Shown: positions 1 to 12,490 of the stretch, in pieces
How positions within the stretch are numbered: position 1 is the stretch's first letter
Layout: every line of letters begins with the position of its first letter
DNA from: Mytilus edulis
Lineage: Eukaryota
NCBI RefSeq assembly: GCF_963676685.1
Contig: NC_092347.1
Coordinates: forward strand, 24,428,001-24,492,000
Length of the DNA stretch: 64,000 bases
Direction of reading: 5' to 3'
Notes under the pieces: generated by a model
Seen by the model: only the letters and a program-made list of their open reading frames with translations
Told to the model about the DNA's origin: nothing
Database searches by the model: none
Position numbers and translations under genes: made by a program

Positions 1-1244
1 GGGAAACGAAAGAGCAATTCGGTTATCTATGATTATATTTTATTTGTGTTGTTTGTCAAGTAATATATATCCAATAGCTATAACACCAAACTTAAACTAC
101 TTTATTACAATCGTTTGGTATTTTTGCACACCGATTTTCATGTTAACTCACTTAAATTCAAAATAAACTATTCATAGATATCAGGATTCAAATTTTGTAT
201 GTGCGCCAGGTGCGCACTTCATCTACAAAAGACACATCAGTTACGCTCGAATCACTATAAGTTAAAAAGATAAAATAAAGTTGAAGAGCAATGAGGAAAA
301 TAATTCATAAAATGTTGTCAAATACAGCGAAGGTAATCTATTCCCTGATGTAAAAAGCCTTAGTATTAAAATTTCGTATGCACTTTTATCTCACGCACAC
401 GAAATTTTGCGCAGTTTGATTTCATTGAGTAAAATACTAAGGCTGATCCGGAAAAAAAATGCAACTTAACACCATTTCCACCGTACTGACACAGTACCAA
501 AAAAGTACAAAAACCATAAAAGGGAATCAATGTGCTGATGGTCTATCTAATAGATTGTCATACCCTGCTTTTTTGTTAATACAATTCACCCCTTTCGATT
601 CGATCAAGGTTTGAGACCGAACAGCCTTTAAAACGATTCCTTCCACGTTACAAAAAGATTTAGGTATCTTTACTCGGTTCCGAGAGTTTTTGAAAAATGT
701 ATGTTATTAAATTTTCTGTGTATTCCCCTGTGTTATAATATAAGCTTGCTGCATACAATGGGAATATTTCATTGTTTTTATCAACAAATGTAATCTCAAT
801 GATGCAAAACATATGATATATCCATAGAATCCCTTAAGTATTACACAGTTCAAAAAAGAAAATGACACATGTGTCTGCAATTATACATGTACGTATAAAA
901 ATGGTAAATTGATAGTAGCGTGGACGAATTATATTGACAATATAATATTTCAATGGTAGAGATAAATGGTACAGAATAAGAGATACTTATTCATGACTGG
1001 CATATTAGCTTCTTTTCTTATTCGTGACACATAAATGAACATTATAATAATTCATATGGCATTTGGTCTTAACATCGTATTGGGAATATTCAAAATGCAA
1101 AATTTATTTATCATATTTGTTTCCCATGTGATGAGGAAAAGCAATAATAGTTTCGTATCGTAAAGCAAATCACAAAAACTTAAAACGAAAAGTAAAGGAA
1201 AAATTATGCAATGCATATCAAAGAAATATAACTTAAAAAAAATT

Positions 1245-1540
1245 AGATTGGAAATAGGGACTTGTCAAAGAGACAACAACATGAGCTAAGAGCAGACAAC
1301 AGTCGAAGGCCATCAATGGGTCTTAAACGCAGGGCAGGGAGAAAATCCCGCACCCGAGGTGGTTCTCAGCTGGCCTCTAAATAAATTTTACAGTACAGTG
1401 AAAATGGACGTCACACTTTATACTAAAAAAACATACTAATAAACTAAAATTTAAAAAAAAACATACAAGACTAACAAAGGCCAAAGGCTCGTGACTTGGG
1501 AAAACGGCGGGTTTAAACATGTTTTGTGCAATCTCAATAG
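1245..1540 (-). repeat. Dispersed repeat (also about 33305-33390 and 34875-34960)
   Basis: Shared gtca.agagacaacaac...aacag..gaagg.ca. Confidence 0.6.
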
Positions 1541-3054
1541 AATTTCGTAACGCATTGTTTGCAGTTTTACATATGCATCGGAAATTGTTACAGCTTTTCG
1601 ATGTTGGGATTGATTGGTAAAGGTTATACCATTTGAGTGTACATAGACTAAGCGAAAGTAATATATTTAGGATTCCTATTTAAGCGACAATTTCAAAGGG
1701 AGTTTGAAACAATTTACTGCTGATTCTTACAAGATAAATTAACATTCAAAAATGATTAGAAGGTTATACAACAAATGCATACGTATGATTATGTGTTTCA
1801 GATGTCATCTCACATCTCACATTTACTTTTGCACTGCTTGTCCAACTAAGGTCAATTTGCCTGAGACTATCATAAATTGATCACCAGGTTTGCATGAAAA
1901 TAAGTTGGGTATTATTGCTGCGAGACAAATCCCCTCCGGATTTCAAATGACGTAAAATATAGGTCGCCATACGGTTTTCATGCCGTTTTGTTACTCACTG
2001 GATGAAATATACCCACATCTCCTTTATTTGGTTAAATTTATTATAGTTCACATTCATTTTTGTAGCTGTTTATTTTCGTGGGAATTTGTCTGATGCTTGG
2101 TCCGTTTCTGTGTACGTTACATTGTAGTGTTGTCGTTGTTCTCCTCTTATATTTAATGCGTTTCCCTCAGTTTTAGTTTGTTACCCCGATTCTGTTTTTT
2201 GTCCATGGATTTATGAGTTGAACAGCGGTATACTACTGTTGCCTTTATTTAAAACGCCAGGTAATACATTTAATAGTCCCTTGATACCCATTAAAACAAA
2301 AAGGTAATGTTCGTTAGTATCTTAATAGCTTTTCCCAATATTTATTTACTTCATTTGTTTGCTTTTCTATTATCTTATTGGTAACAAATCACAGAGGGCT
2401 ACTTCAAGCGATTCATTGTATACATTGTAACTGGAGTAATGCAGATAAAATCAACTAGTTTATACTGAAGCGTCAATTTTGCTATTTCTCATTTAATCTG
2501 AACAATCTTTATTTTGCCTATCAGTTAATTAAAATATAATTAGTAAATGGTTTAACTCGTATGAATAAAAATGAAATTTATAATATATGAATACTTAAAT
2601 TAGTAAACTGTTAAACTCGTATAAATAAATAAGAAATATAATATATGAACACTTCAATCTACCTTGACAAAAAGTAAGCAAACATTTTAACAAAATTCAA
2701 TAACATTTACGATACCATTTTTTTCTGCACCAGATGCGCATTTTAACAATTTATCTTCGTTAATGTTCGGGACAAAATTATATGAAAATTAAAAAAATAT
2801 TGACAAAATGAAAAGCATATAAGCTGTATAGGTGAGATTAAGACCAGAAAAATGTGCGGATAACTCACCAATCATAACTGCTGCTGTCAGAGTAATCTTA
2901 TTTTAAAGATAGTTTTATATTTTTAATGCATGACACTAGCACTTGAAGATAATTTTGAAGACAGATGTCTACAGAATAACAATAGATTAAACTTAGTTGA
3001 AATAACCTTTACCGACAAATTTTTCACTTGTCTGCTGAGATACACTTTATAGTT

Positions 3055-3325
3055 ATTCAGACAAAACCAACAAATCCTGTATTCCCCATGCGATTATTAG
3101 ATACAAAATAAGCCATACAAAATAGAAAAACATATTTCATACACCCAAGTGATTATAAAATGATGCAAAATCCAGACAAAACCAACAAAACTTTCCATAC
3201 TCATGCGATCACAGATAATAATAATTGTTAAACCAACAAGACTTTCAACATCCCATGTGATCAGAAATATGATTATTAATTGCGACTTAACCAAAATATC
3301 TTAAAACCCCAAGCGATCATTATTA
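3055..3325 (+). repeat. Degenerate tandem repeat, about 5 units of approximately 55-60 bp
   Basis: Recurrent aaaccaacaa...ccatg(c/t)gat. Confidence 0.6.
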
Positions 3326-3780
3326 TGGTTTCTGTTCTACTGAACTATGAACTAATAAAGTTTGACAAACTGTATTTGATCATTCTCAAACACGACAACT
3401 TTGCTGCGTTTTCTTACTTTATTACGAACGTTTATCATTGTATAGTTGGATAATAAAATTAAAAGCGAAATAAAATGTTGAAACATGAACTGTGAAGTAC
3501 TTTCTGTACTAATATATAAAAATCAGTTGACATCTACACTGTTATCTGAGCCTTCAAATATTTCAATAGTGAAGATTTATCTACAACCAGATATTTGAAT
3601 ATAAGTTGGCGTTTTTTCTGACTTATTTTTTCATCTTTCTTTAAGTTGAAAATGTGGAATACAAGTGTAAGGGTAAATATCAAATGTGTTATACTATAAT
3701 TGAAAGATGAAAGAGATTTCGATTGTACATTCTCTAACAGGTCTTTGATTATTTTAAGTTTTCACATCTGATGCACAACT

Positions 3781-4238
3781 CTCATACAATACTCCCGGGC
3801 TTGTATTTCCTATCATGATTTCCTTGATGGATAGTTGCTGCTCACACGGAAGATATTAAACCAAGAGTTCCAAATGGTGAAGTTGGCTGACCGTTATGGA
3901 ATGACCGTTTCAAAGATGATATCGGATATGTCGTGCCTAAAATACCCTTCCCTTTTCACGAATGTGACCTACCAAATTAGACTATTTACCGGATTTGTTA
4001 TAACATAAGTAACACAACGGGTGCCACATGTGGAGCAGGATATGCTTACCCTTCCGGAGCACCTGAGTTCATCCCCGGTTTTTGGTGGGGTTCGTGTCGC
4101 TTAGTCTTTAGTTTTCTATGTTGTGTCTTGTGTACTATTATTTGTCTGTTTGTCTATTATTTTTTAGCCATGGCGTTGTCAGTTTATTTTAAATCTAAGA
4201 GTTTGGCTGTCCCTCTGGTATTTTTCGCCCCTCTTTCA
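3781..4238 (+). mobile_element. Penelope-like element 3' fragment (RT thumb + structured 3' region)
   Basis: Translates to LIQYSRACISYHDFLDG*LLLTRKILNQEFQMVKL..DRYG, matching the PLE thumb pattern QLIRYxRACSxYxDF...KLLxQG. Related copies occur at 42572-43520 and 48215-48400. Confidence 0.7.
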
Positions 4239-4535
4239 TATAATAATAGACTTCACAGCAACTCTGAAGATCAGCTTTGATTGCTGAAAAAGTTATATTG
4301 ATCGTTCAGAAACAGATTTCATGCAGCAATTAGCAGACTGAACAATAAACCATATTTGTAAGAACCCTTCTTTATCTTTGGTATCCATCTGTAAAACGAG
4401 AGAAGATCAAGTCCCTTATCTTCGTTACGGCACCATATTAAGCTAATGGTTGAAACACTTGAGTCCATGATTATAATTATTGTATACATATACTTCTTCT
4501 CTCTTTTGTACTTTTTTTGAATTGGCATGTATATG

Positions 4536-4973
4536 TGTCATATGTTTTTATGTATATTTATTCATTAGCCGCCCCGTGTTTTATTTTTGCTTTGACTTAC
4601 TGTTATCAACGGTGATCAACGTGCTGTCCTGATCTTCAATTTAAAATATGTTGTCACTTGTTTGTGTAATTTTTTAAAACTTCTATCGTATTCTAGAAGT
4701 TCCGGTTTTACTGTTTTCTGGGAGTTTTTCCCTTCTACAGTGTTCTAGAGGTTTCCTTGACAGCTCTATATACCGAAACCGAAATTGGTCAGATCAGACT
4801 CAAATATACTTGGATTCACAGAAGTACTCCAGATAAAAAAAAACCACAAAGAATAGGACATGTATTTTTTTACAGTGAAGTTGACGTTTCAATTTATATA
4901 CTATTTCTTGTTAGCTTATGTGAAATAAATCCAGTTGAATTTTATTATTGATTTGTGTCTTTTGTTGGCTACA
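4536..4973 (+). mobile_element. Possible LTR remnant
   Basis: TG...CA bounds, TATA-like ctatata at about 4767 and AATAAA at about 4924; no TSD. Confidence 0.3.
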
Positions 4974-5559
4974 ATTTAATGGTGATTTCTGGCCGCAACA
5001 ATAGTGCCCATGGATGAAGTTAGGTTCTTTGATGGGCATTCTTCGTGTAGTTCTTCTCCCTTATGTTTGTCAGGTAATATTTGTTGTCTCATTACTGATA
5101 GATGTTACAACCATTTGCGAGCAGATATGTGTTTAACTTAATGCTATCACTGATACCGTCCTGAATGTTCGTGCATTCATTTGTACTGTGTTCCTGTTTC
5201 TAAATCTTGTCATTTTAGCGGTATTTTTAACATTGCAATAAAAACGGGAGGTTTTGCTAACCATAAAACCAGGTTCAATCCACCATTTTTTTTCTTACAA
5301 TGTCTTGTACCAAGTCTATAATATGTCAGTTGTTATGTAATTATTCGTTTCTATGTATGTTGCATTGGCGTTTCCTTGTGTTGCACGTCCATATTTATGT
5401 TGTTTCGTTGTATAATTGATGTGTTTCCCTCGGTTTTAGTTTGTAACACGAATATGTTTTCTCTCAATCGATTGATGACTTTTGAACAGCGGTATACTGC
5501 ATAAAAAAAAGACTGAATTTGACACATTCCCATGTGATAATCTAATAATAATGATAATG

Positions 5560-6150
5560 ACCTAGTTCAGGTATGTTTTTCCAATACAACTACCAATTTT
5601 TTTCTCTTGAAATCAGCAATCCATGTATGGATCTTTTCAATAAGTTCATTAGTGATAAATTTGTGAAATATTCTTGAAAGGCTCACTTAATAATGCGTCT
5701 AAAAAGTGTAGGACAATCATATTAAAACCTTTGGAAAAACGAATCGGAACTTTTTGTCCTCTTTGTACTTCTTGGTGTTCAACAAATCCTATAACGTGAG
5801 TTTAGAAGGATCTTTTGCCTCAAAGTTTATGTGAAATCTTCCTAACATATTAACTTCAAAGTGCTGCACGGGGTTGAATTCTACGATATGCTCCGTCAGT
5901 TTAATGATATGCAAGTTTATGTGACTGATCTATACTTCACTAGATTGTGACTTGTTTCTTTCGTATGTACATGATATACGAATCAGTTGTTCGGTCAGAT
6001 GGTATTTGACCCAGTTCTGCTGATCTTTCGAATAATATGTAAATATATGGCGATTGTTCTAGGTGCAGTTGTTTGAGACTTGTTTACGGTTTTCATTGGC
6101 TGACCCACTTGTATTGTTTTGATGAGGATTCTTTATAAGATTAATGATCC
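5560..6150 (-). pseudogene. Heavily decayed LINE reverse transcriptase fragment
   Basis: Frameshifted remnants in the canonical RT order: LFERSAELGQIPSD, RNKSQ..YRSVT..CI..KLTEHIV, FSKGF, WIADF. Confidence 0.6.
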
Positions 6151-6697
6151 CATATAATTTATAATTCAAATACTTCTGTCTATCATCTTGTTGTCTATTA
6201 TATGAAAGAAATCCTGGTCTGATAACTAGGCCTAACGTCTACTTAATATCTATGTTGAACTAGTAAAGAATAGGCCAAACGTGTTAATACTAGTTTTAGG
6301 CTGAAGTACTATTTATACTAGGTTACATTTCATATAAGATTAATAAAGTCTTTATGTTATTCTATATTTCTGTCTTTATCTTACCATTTGTATCTACTGT
6401 TTTTAGTTTAAACATATTTTATTTGCTGAATTAAAGCAAAATGGATTAGACACAAGTAAATCATACTTATGAAGTCTTCTCCATAATACAATATAAAGTT
6501 ACAATAATAGTATAATATAATGGACATGCATATAAAACAAACAGTTTATACAATATAATACTAGCTTTCATAGGTGAACAAAGAGGAGACAAAGTAAAAA
6601 AGGAAAAAGAAAGTTTGAAAAATCGTATACTTCTGTGACGATGACTTGTGGATTGATGGCAACGATGACGTCCTGTGTCAGCAATAATAACGCTCTA

Positions 6698-9600
6698 TCA
6701 AGGCATAAGAAATCTGTTTGACCTTTTTATGTAATTCTGAACATGTTTGAAAATTTGAATATTTTGTTCGTTCGAAAGTTCCAAGTGTCCGCAAATTAAT
6801 AGTTTTGTATCTAAAACAAAGTTTTCAGATAGCCAGTTAAGGTTATCGAATAAGTTTTTCCTACATAATGTGTATTTTGGGCAAACGAAAAAGTAATGGT
6901 AGACATCCTCAATATCGGACCCACAATGACAAGAGGGATTATTTATAATGTTAGCTCTAAATAGGTCATTGTTTAAGGATGAAGCGGAACATCGCAATTG
7001 CGTTAAGATAATATTTAATTTCCTTGGGCCGTACAAATAAAACGTTTCAATTTTACATACTAGACTATCGTTTTTTAATTCTTTCTTAAATTTAGAAATA
7101 GAGTCGACACTGCGAATTTTTGGATCGAGTTTATTCCATTCACGTATAGTAGAGGGAATAAACGATTCAGTAGTAAGGGAAAGTCTACAAAATGGAACAA
7201 TAATATCTTGACCATTTCGCAACGGGTAGTTGGTTGTACTTTGTACACAAGGAGGTACAAGATTACATAGATATTCTGGTGCATGCTTTTGGTTCATGTT
7301 ATAAAACATCTGTAATTTTCTTCTTCTTCTTCTTTCAAAAAGAGATTCCCAGCCAACCTCAGAATATAAAGTTTCAGTTTTTGTAAATATTGGTAGACCT
7401 GTTACTATTCTTGCGGCCTCCAATTGTAAATTTTCTAATTTATTTGAGTAGCCTATTCCACAATTATCCCACACTTCCGTGGCATATTCGAAAATGGGTC
7501 TAATAAAAACTAAGTATAGTTTTTCTAAATTATTTCGAGATAATCGATATTTAAGTTTACGTAAAACATTTAAGTGTTTCTTTACACTTGTAATTATACT
7601 TTCAATATGATTGTTCCATTTTGCGTCACTACTGAAATTAACTCCCAGGTGCTTATGAGATGTACTTAAAGGTATATTTTTACCATTTAAGGAAAAGCTG
7701 AGGTCTGGAGTCTCAATATTTGAAAAAATCATAATTTCGGTTTTATCTGGGTTGAATGACATAAGCCATTTAGAAGACCAAACATCCAGCTCTTTCAAGT
7801 CGCGATCAATAACAGATCTAATCTGTTCTCCACCGTTACCAGAATAGTTGAATGATGTGTCGTCAGCAAATAGCCGACACAGTGAAGTAAGCTTATCAGC
7901 AATATCATTAATATATAAGACAAAGAGAAGAGGGCCCAGAACTGATCCCTGGGGGACACCAGCTGAGACATTACAGAAGGAAGAAGACGAGTTATTTAAT
8001 ACTACTCTCTGTTTTCTGTCGTGTAGATAATCCTGAAACCAATTCAATACGTTTCCGTCAACACCATAAGCTTTCATTTTATATATAAGACCCCTATGCC
8101 AAACTTTGTCAAAAGCTTTAGAGAAGTCACAGAATACAAAACAATTTATATCTTTTTTTTCCAAAGAGTTTAATATGCAATTATATATTTCTAAGAGTTG
8201 ATGAACAGTTGAATTTTTAGGGAGGAATCCTGATTGATACTCATAAATTAATTTATTAGCTTTTAAATGATTGTATAAGTGCTTAAACACTACTCTTTCC
8301 ATAACTTTTCCTACACAGCTAATTAAGGATATCGGTCTATAATTTGATGGCAAGGATGAATCTCCCTTTTTGAAAATGGGTATCAGATTTGCTATCTTCC
8401 AGCTAGTTGGGTATATTCCCTCTCTTAAGGATTTATTAAATATAATATGGAGTGGAACTGCTACCTTTTCTGGACACAGCTTTAGCATCTTATGACTGAT
8501 CACATCAGGACCAGATGCTTTGTTTGGATCTAATATCTGAATAATATCTATTATTTCTTTTATATTTACTTGAATATCTGAAAACTTACTATTAGTTTTT
8601 GTATCAAATTCGGGCAAATCAACATGATCCTCATCCAATTTTGAAATCATACTAAAATATTTGTTCAACAAATTACATTTCTCCTCATCTTCATATACAG
8701 TATCATTCAGTTCATTATCATTTATAATATTTTGGAGAGGGGGTATGGTTTCTGAACCTTTTTTGGATTTAATTAACGTTTTCATTAATTTCCAATACGT
8801 TTTTGAGTTTGAGGGTTGTTTTGATATTAGACAGTCCAAATTTGTTTCAAAATTTTCTTTGGCGATTTTTTTCATATTATTTACCTTATTTCGTTGTTTT
8901 TTGTACTTCATAATATTATTTTCACAATTATATTTAATCGCTTTTTTTCTTAATCTGTCTCGGATTCGAATTTCACGTCTTATGTCATTATTGAACCAGT
9001 GTTTGTCATTATGTCGTACTGTTACTATTTTAGTAGGAATGCATTTTTTAGCTATTTTCAAAAATTCTATTGTAAAACATTCACACATCTCATTAGTGGT
9101 TTTACTTTCGGGAAGCATAGTATTCCAGTCTATTTCGTCTAATTTCTCAGCAAATTTGGCTTTATCAGCCCGATCGTATAGCCATACTTCTCTTTTAAAA
9201 GATTTAAAATCGGACATTGGACATTCGAGAAATGCAACAGGTGCATCATGATCACTAATTGCAGATGGAGTTTTTAGAACATTTGAAAAGGAACATGACA
9301 TAGAGTCACTAATAATAATCGGATCTAACAGAGTACTACTATGGTCCGTTACTCTAGTAGGTAATTCAATAACATTGGTTAAATTGAACAAATTTAATGT
9401 GTCAATCAGTTTGTTATTATGCGTAGTAAGTAAGTCAGAGTTCAAATCGCCCGTTATTACCATCCTCTCATTGACCTGCAAACCCATCCCAATTGCATGA
9501 TTTAATCGTGTCCAGTAGTTATTATCTGAATTAGGCGATCGGTAAGTGTGACACAATAGGAAGCTTTGACCTTTAGCATGGATATTGACAAAAAGGGATT

Positions 9601-10171
9601 CGTCTTCTTTCGTTTCGAGTGCATTTATTCGACTAAGTCCGATACCATCTTTGACATAAATGAGTAAACCACCACCAAAGCTATTTCTATCTTTTCGGAC
9701 TATATTTGAAGAGAAGGAATCAAGTTTTATATCGGCGTCAGCAATGTTGGGATCTAAGTGTGTTTCCGATAGCGTAATAATATCAAATTCATCACAAAAA
9801 TTATTTAGAAATTTTAGTTTATTTCTCACGGATCTTATGTTGAGACTACAAATGGATATAAAATTTTCTTGTGGTTGTGTTTCATTCATCGACGGTGCGT
9901 TCGATTCATTACGAAAACTTGGACCAGGATTTGTTTCAACATTTCCAATAATAAGGAGAAAATGAAGTACGTACAACAGAAAAATAATGTTTGATCTTGG
10001 ATTAATTGTTTGTAAAACAGAGAGATTGAAGATGAGGAGACTGCAACGTAAGTTGATTATAAATATGTCTAGATAGGAAGCTATGTGTAAATTGGATGAA
10101 GGTCCACATCGTTTTTTTCTGTTATTAAATATACCTATAGCAGCCCTGTATTCCTGGACGCAGTTATCCAT
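6698..10171 (-). CDS. Non-LTR retrotransposon (CR1/L2-group LINE) ORF2: N-terminal leader + 2A-like motif, APE endonuclease, reverse transcriptase, C-terminal CCHC motif
   Basis: Uninterrupted 1157-aa ORF. APE motifs: SLNIRS, LSETHL, GDLNSD, TLLDPII, SDHD. RT motifs: KASGPD, NYRPISL, DFSKAFDKV, GVPQGSVLGPLLF, LFADD, HLGV. C-terminal CHCG...HYFFVC. Confidence 0.97.
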   Translation of the reverse strand: MDNCVQEYRAAIGIFNNRKKRCGPSSNLHIASYLDIFIINLRCSLLIFNLSVLQTINPRSNIIFLLYVLHFLLIIGNVETNPGPSFRNESNAPSMNETQPQENFISICSLNIRSVRNKLKFLNNFCDEFDIITLSETHLDPNIADADIKLDSFSSNIVRKDRNSFGGGLLIYVKDGIGLSRINALETKEDESLFVNIHAKGQSFLLCHTYRSPNSDNNYWTRLNHAIGMGLQVNERMVITGDLNSDLLTTHNNKLIDTLNLFNLTNVIELPTRVTDHSSTLLDPIIISDSMSCSFSNVLKTPSAISDHDAPVAFLECPMSDFKSFKREVWLYDRADKAKFAEKLDEIDWNTMLPESKTTNEMCECFTIEFLKIAKKCIPTKIVTVRHNDKHWFNNDIRREIRIRDRLRKKAIKYNCENNIMKYKKQRNKVNNMKKIAKENFETNLDCLISKQPSNSKTYWKLMKTLIKSKKGSETIPPLQNIINDNELNDTVYEDEEKCNLLNKYFSMISKLDEDHVDLPEFDTKTNSKFSDIQVNIKEIIDIIQILDPNKASGPDVISHKMLKLCPEKVAVPLHIIFNKSLREGIYPTSWKIANLIPIFKKGDSSLPSNYRPISLISCVGKVMERVVFKHLYNHLKANKLIYEYQSGFLPKNSTVHQLLEIYNCILNSLEKKDINCFVFCDFSKAFDKVWHRGLIYKMKAYGVDGNVLNWFQDYLHDRKQRVVLNNSSSSFCNVSAGVPQGSVLGPLLFVLYINDIADKLTSLCRLFADDTSFNYSGNGGEQIRSVIDRDLKELDVWSSKWLMSFNPDKTEIMIFSNIETPDLSFSLNGKNIPLSTSHKHLGVNFSSDAKWNNHIESIITSVKKHLNVLRKLKYRLSRNNLEKLYLVFIRPIFEYATEVWDNCGIGYSNKLENLQLEAARIVTGLPIFTKTETLYSEVGWESLFERRRRRKLQMFYNMNQKHAPEYLCNLVPPCVQSTTNYPLRNGQDIIVPFCRLSLTTESFIPSTIREWNKLDPKIRSVDSISKFKKELKNDSLVCKIETFYLYGPRKLNIILTQLRCSASSLNNDLFRANIINNPSCHCGSDIEDVYHYFFVCPKYTLCRKNLFDNLNWLSENFVLDTKLLICGHLELSNEQNIQIFKHVQNYIKRSNRFLMP
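9920..9946 (-). other. 2A-like (StopGo/ribosome skipping) motif GNVETNPGP
   Basis: LLIIGNVETNPG|P matches G-D-[V/I]-E-x-N-P-G-P except for D->N. It lies immediately upstream of the APE domain, where 2A-like motifs are known in APE-type LINEs. Confidence 0.8.
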
Positions 10172-12014
10172 TACATGAATAAACTGTTACAGGAATTAGG
10201 AGAGGACTGCTGTAGGAGAACATTACAAAACTGACACACATATCATCATTATCATCACCACCTTCATCATCACAGAAAAATACAAAAAAGTAAGAGCAAG
10301 AAAAGTTGAAAAATGTTAAAGGCCAATAAATAAGCCTCGCAAATATGGAAGTCATAAAAAAAAAAGGAGAATGAAAATGGGATATTGTAATACTGAAGAA
10401 GTTATATGTATTGTATTTAGAAATAAAAAAAAAAAAAGCAATTGGTAAATAAATAAAGAAAGAAAAAAGTACATGGAACTGTATTTGATAGTTACCCCAG
10501 AAACTAAAGTATGATTGCCGATGAGACAACTATTAGCCAGAGATCAATAGACATGGCTGTAAGTAGGTTTGTAGCTTTAAGTTTTTTTTTTTTTTTTTAT
10601 ATATCCTGGCTAAACAAAACAAATGTTTTTGTGTTATGACTATTATCACAAACTTCCAGAAATGCTGTTAGCTTAATAGAGTTAAAGACAGGCTATAAAC
10701 ATTAGATAACAAATTATGATATGATACGCAATAGGTTAGTACGTCAACATACAATTTACAATTTGCAGACAAGCAAAAATCCCGTTCAATTTATAGTTGT
10801 TTCAAATGGCTTATCTAACTATTGAACAATGAATTGTGATGCTTGAAAAACTTAGTAAGTGAAATATTGGATTTCCCTATTTCTCGACATGTTTAACTTT
10901 TTTCTTATTCTTATCAAATAGTTGATATTTTTTAATAGGGTATTAATATTTTTTAATAGGGTATTATGTTAGTTTAAAGCGGTCATCTGTATGTAGTTCG
11001 GTTAGATTTTGTTTGTGGGTGAACTACAATTAATTCGTGAATCTCTAGGCAATGTATAACGGTTTCGAAATGGTAAATTACTCGAGCTTAACCACAATTA
11101 TCTATTGTTGACACCTATGGTCAGTAGACTGGTTAGAGTATGTACTCATAGATAAACATAAAATTAACGGCAAACGGAAATGTTCAATCGATGTAATTTT
11201 TTTAAAGACTTTTAATGAAATGGGCTATAATTATTTATTTTTAAAAAAGATTCTCATTAGGTCTCTGTCAAGTTAGTGCCTGCAATAAAATTAACAAAAT
11301 TGTTCAATTTTTAGATGCACCTAATAAACATAATATATACATACAAACAACATACCATGCAATTGAAAATATTAAATACAGTGGTGAAGGTCAAAATAAG
11401 TGTAATATAAGGTAACAGAAAAGGCTATAATTTTAGGGACACTTTTGGATTTAGTTTTTGTTCCTTTCTAACCAAAGAAAAACAAATCAAAAACAAATCA
11501 AAATAAAAAAAAAACAGATTGGAACAAGTTTTACGGATTCCGACAACTATATATCGAGAATATACACACATATTAAGTTGGAATGTGTATTATTTAACTA
11601 ACAGTACTAGTTACTGCTTTTTGTTTTTTAAATTGATTTTTCTTTCAAATGAATCTTTACTTCAGTGTTTTTCAAGTTTAAGAATAAGAATGAATGAACC
11701 TTTAAAAAACAAAACAAAACAAAAAAACAAAAAACCAAAAAAAAACCGAGACTTTAATTTACTCTCAATACATTGTGTTAATGGATGAACATAGAATTTT
11801 TTAATAGGATCACTGACTTTGATTGCTTTTGGTAAGATGCGGGGTTTTCATACAGTTTCACATTTGGGAAAGAAACAATCTGTAAATATAATATTTTGTT
11901 ATTAACTGTTCAGTACATATGACACACTCTCAAAAAGTTATTCAATTGTAGTAGAATTAAAGATAAGTCTTTATTATATATATATCAATATGAAATATGG
12001 TGAAACCTTGTACT

Positions 12015-12490
12015 CTACATTCCATCAGAGTTATTTGTGTTCGTGCGTTCTTCAAGTTGTTGGATATCTGACTCGAGATCACTAATATCATCGAGGTTGT
12101 TAATAATGCGCTTTTGACTGTTAGCATTCACTTTGACAAAGATCCGACCGTCTGTGGTCCAGCAGGCATTGATTTTGTTGTTGTACTTTAGCGTTGCTAA
12201 CTGTTTGACGAGGTTTGTCCTAAAATGTGTTAGGTTTTCTGTAATAAATGTACCATTAGGATCACCTTTCAGAGCTTTTTTGTTGGAGTATACCAGTTGT
12301 CTAGTTCTGTATGAAATAAATCGAACAATTACTTGAGACCTTCCTTGTTTGAGCTTGCCGATGACATGGGATCGTCCAATGTCTCCAATACCAATGTCGA
12401 GTCCGAGTTTGTTGTTACATATATCTAGGATGATGCTATCAGTACTGTTTTTCTTTATTCTGTTTCTTTGGAGATTGGTACCCCACCAAT
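12015..12490 (-). pseudogene. LINE ORF1p fragment (RRM + C-terminal domain), no start codon
   Basis: Manual translation gives a stop-free frame: ...DIGRSHVIGK...SQVIVRFISYRTRQLVYSNKKALK...FITENLT...INACWTTDGRIFVK...GM*. These are typical L1-type ORF1p motifs of CR1/L2 elements. It is absent from the ORF track for lack of a start codon. Confidence 0.8.

Larger units (their letters stand above)
6400..10508 (-). mobile_element. Young, 5'-truncated CR1/L2-group LINE copy
   Basis: Intact ORF2 followed by an approximately 300-nt 3'UTR ending (minus strand) GGAGAAG...AATAAAATATGTTTAAACTAAAAA. On the 5' side the sequence switches at about 10509 into an unrelated repeat tail (agttgtctcatcggcaatcatac). 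No clear TSD found. Confidence 0.8.

Noticed and set aside
7075-9965. ORFs of 60-196 aa overlapping the LINE ORF2
   Set aside because: Antisense or alternate-frame shadows of the RT ORF, with no independent motifs.
10164-10529. 121-aa ORF upstream of ORF2 as a candidate ORF1
   Set aside because: Low-complexity Phe-rich translation of a T-rich spacer, beginning in an unrelated repeat.
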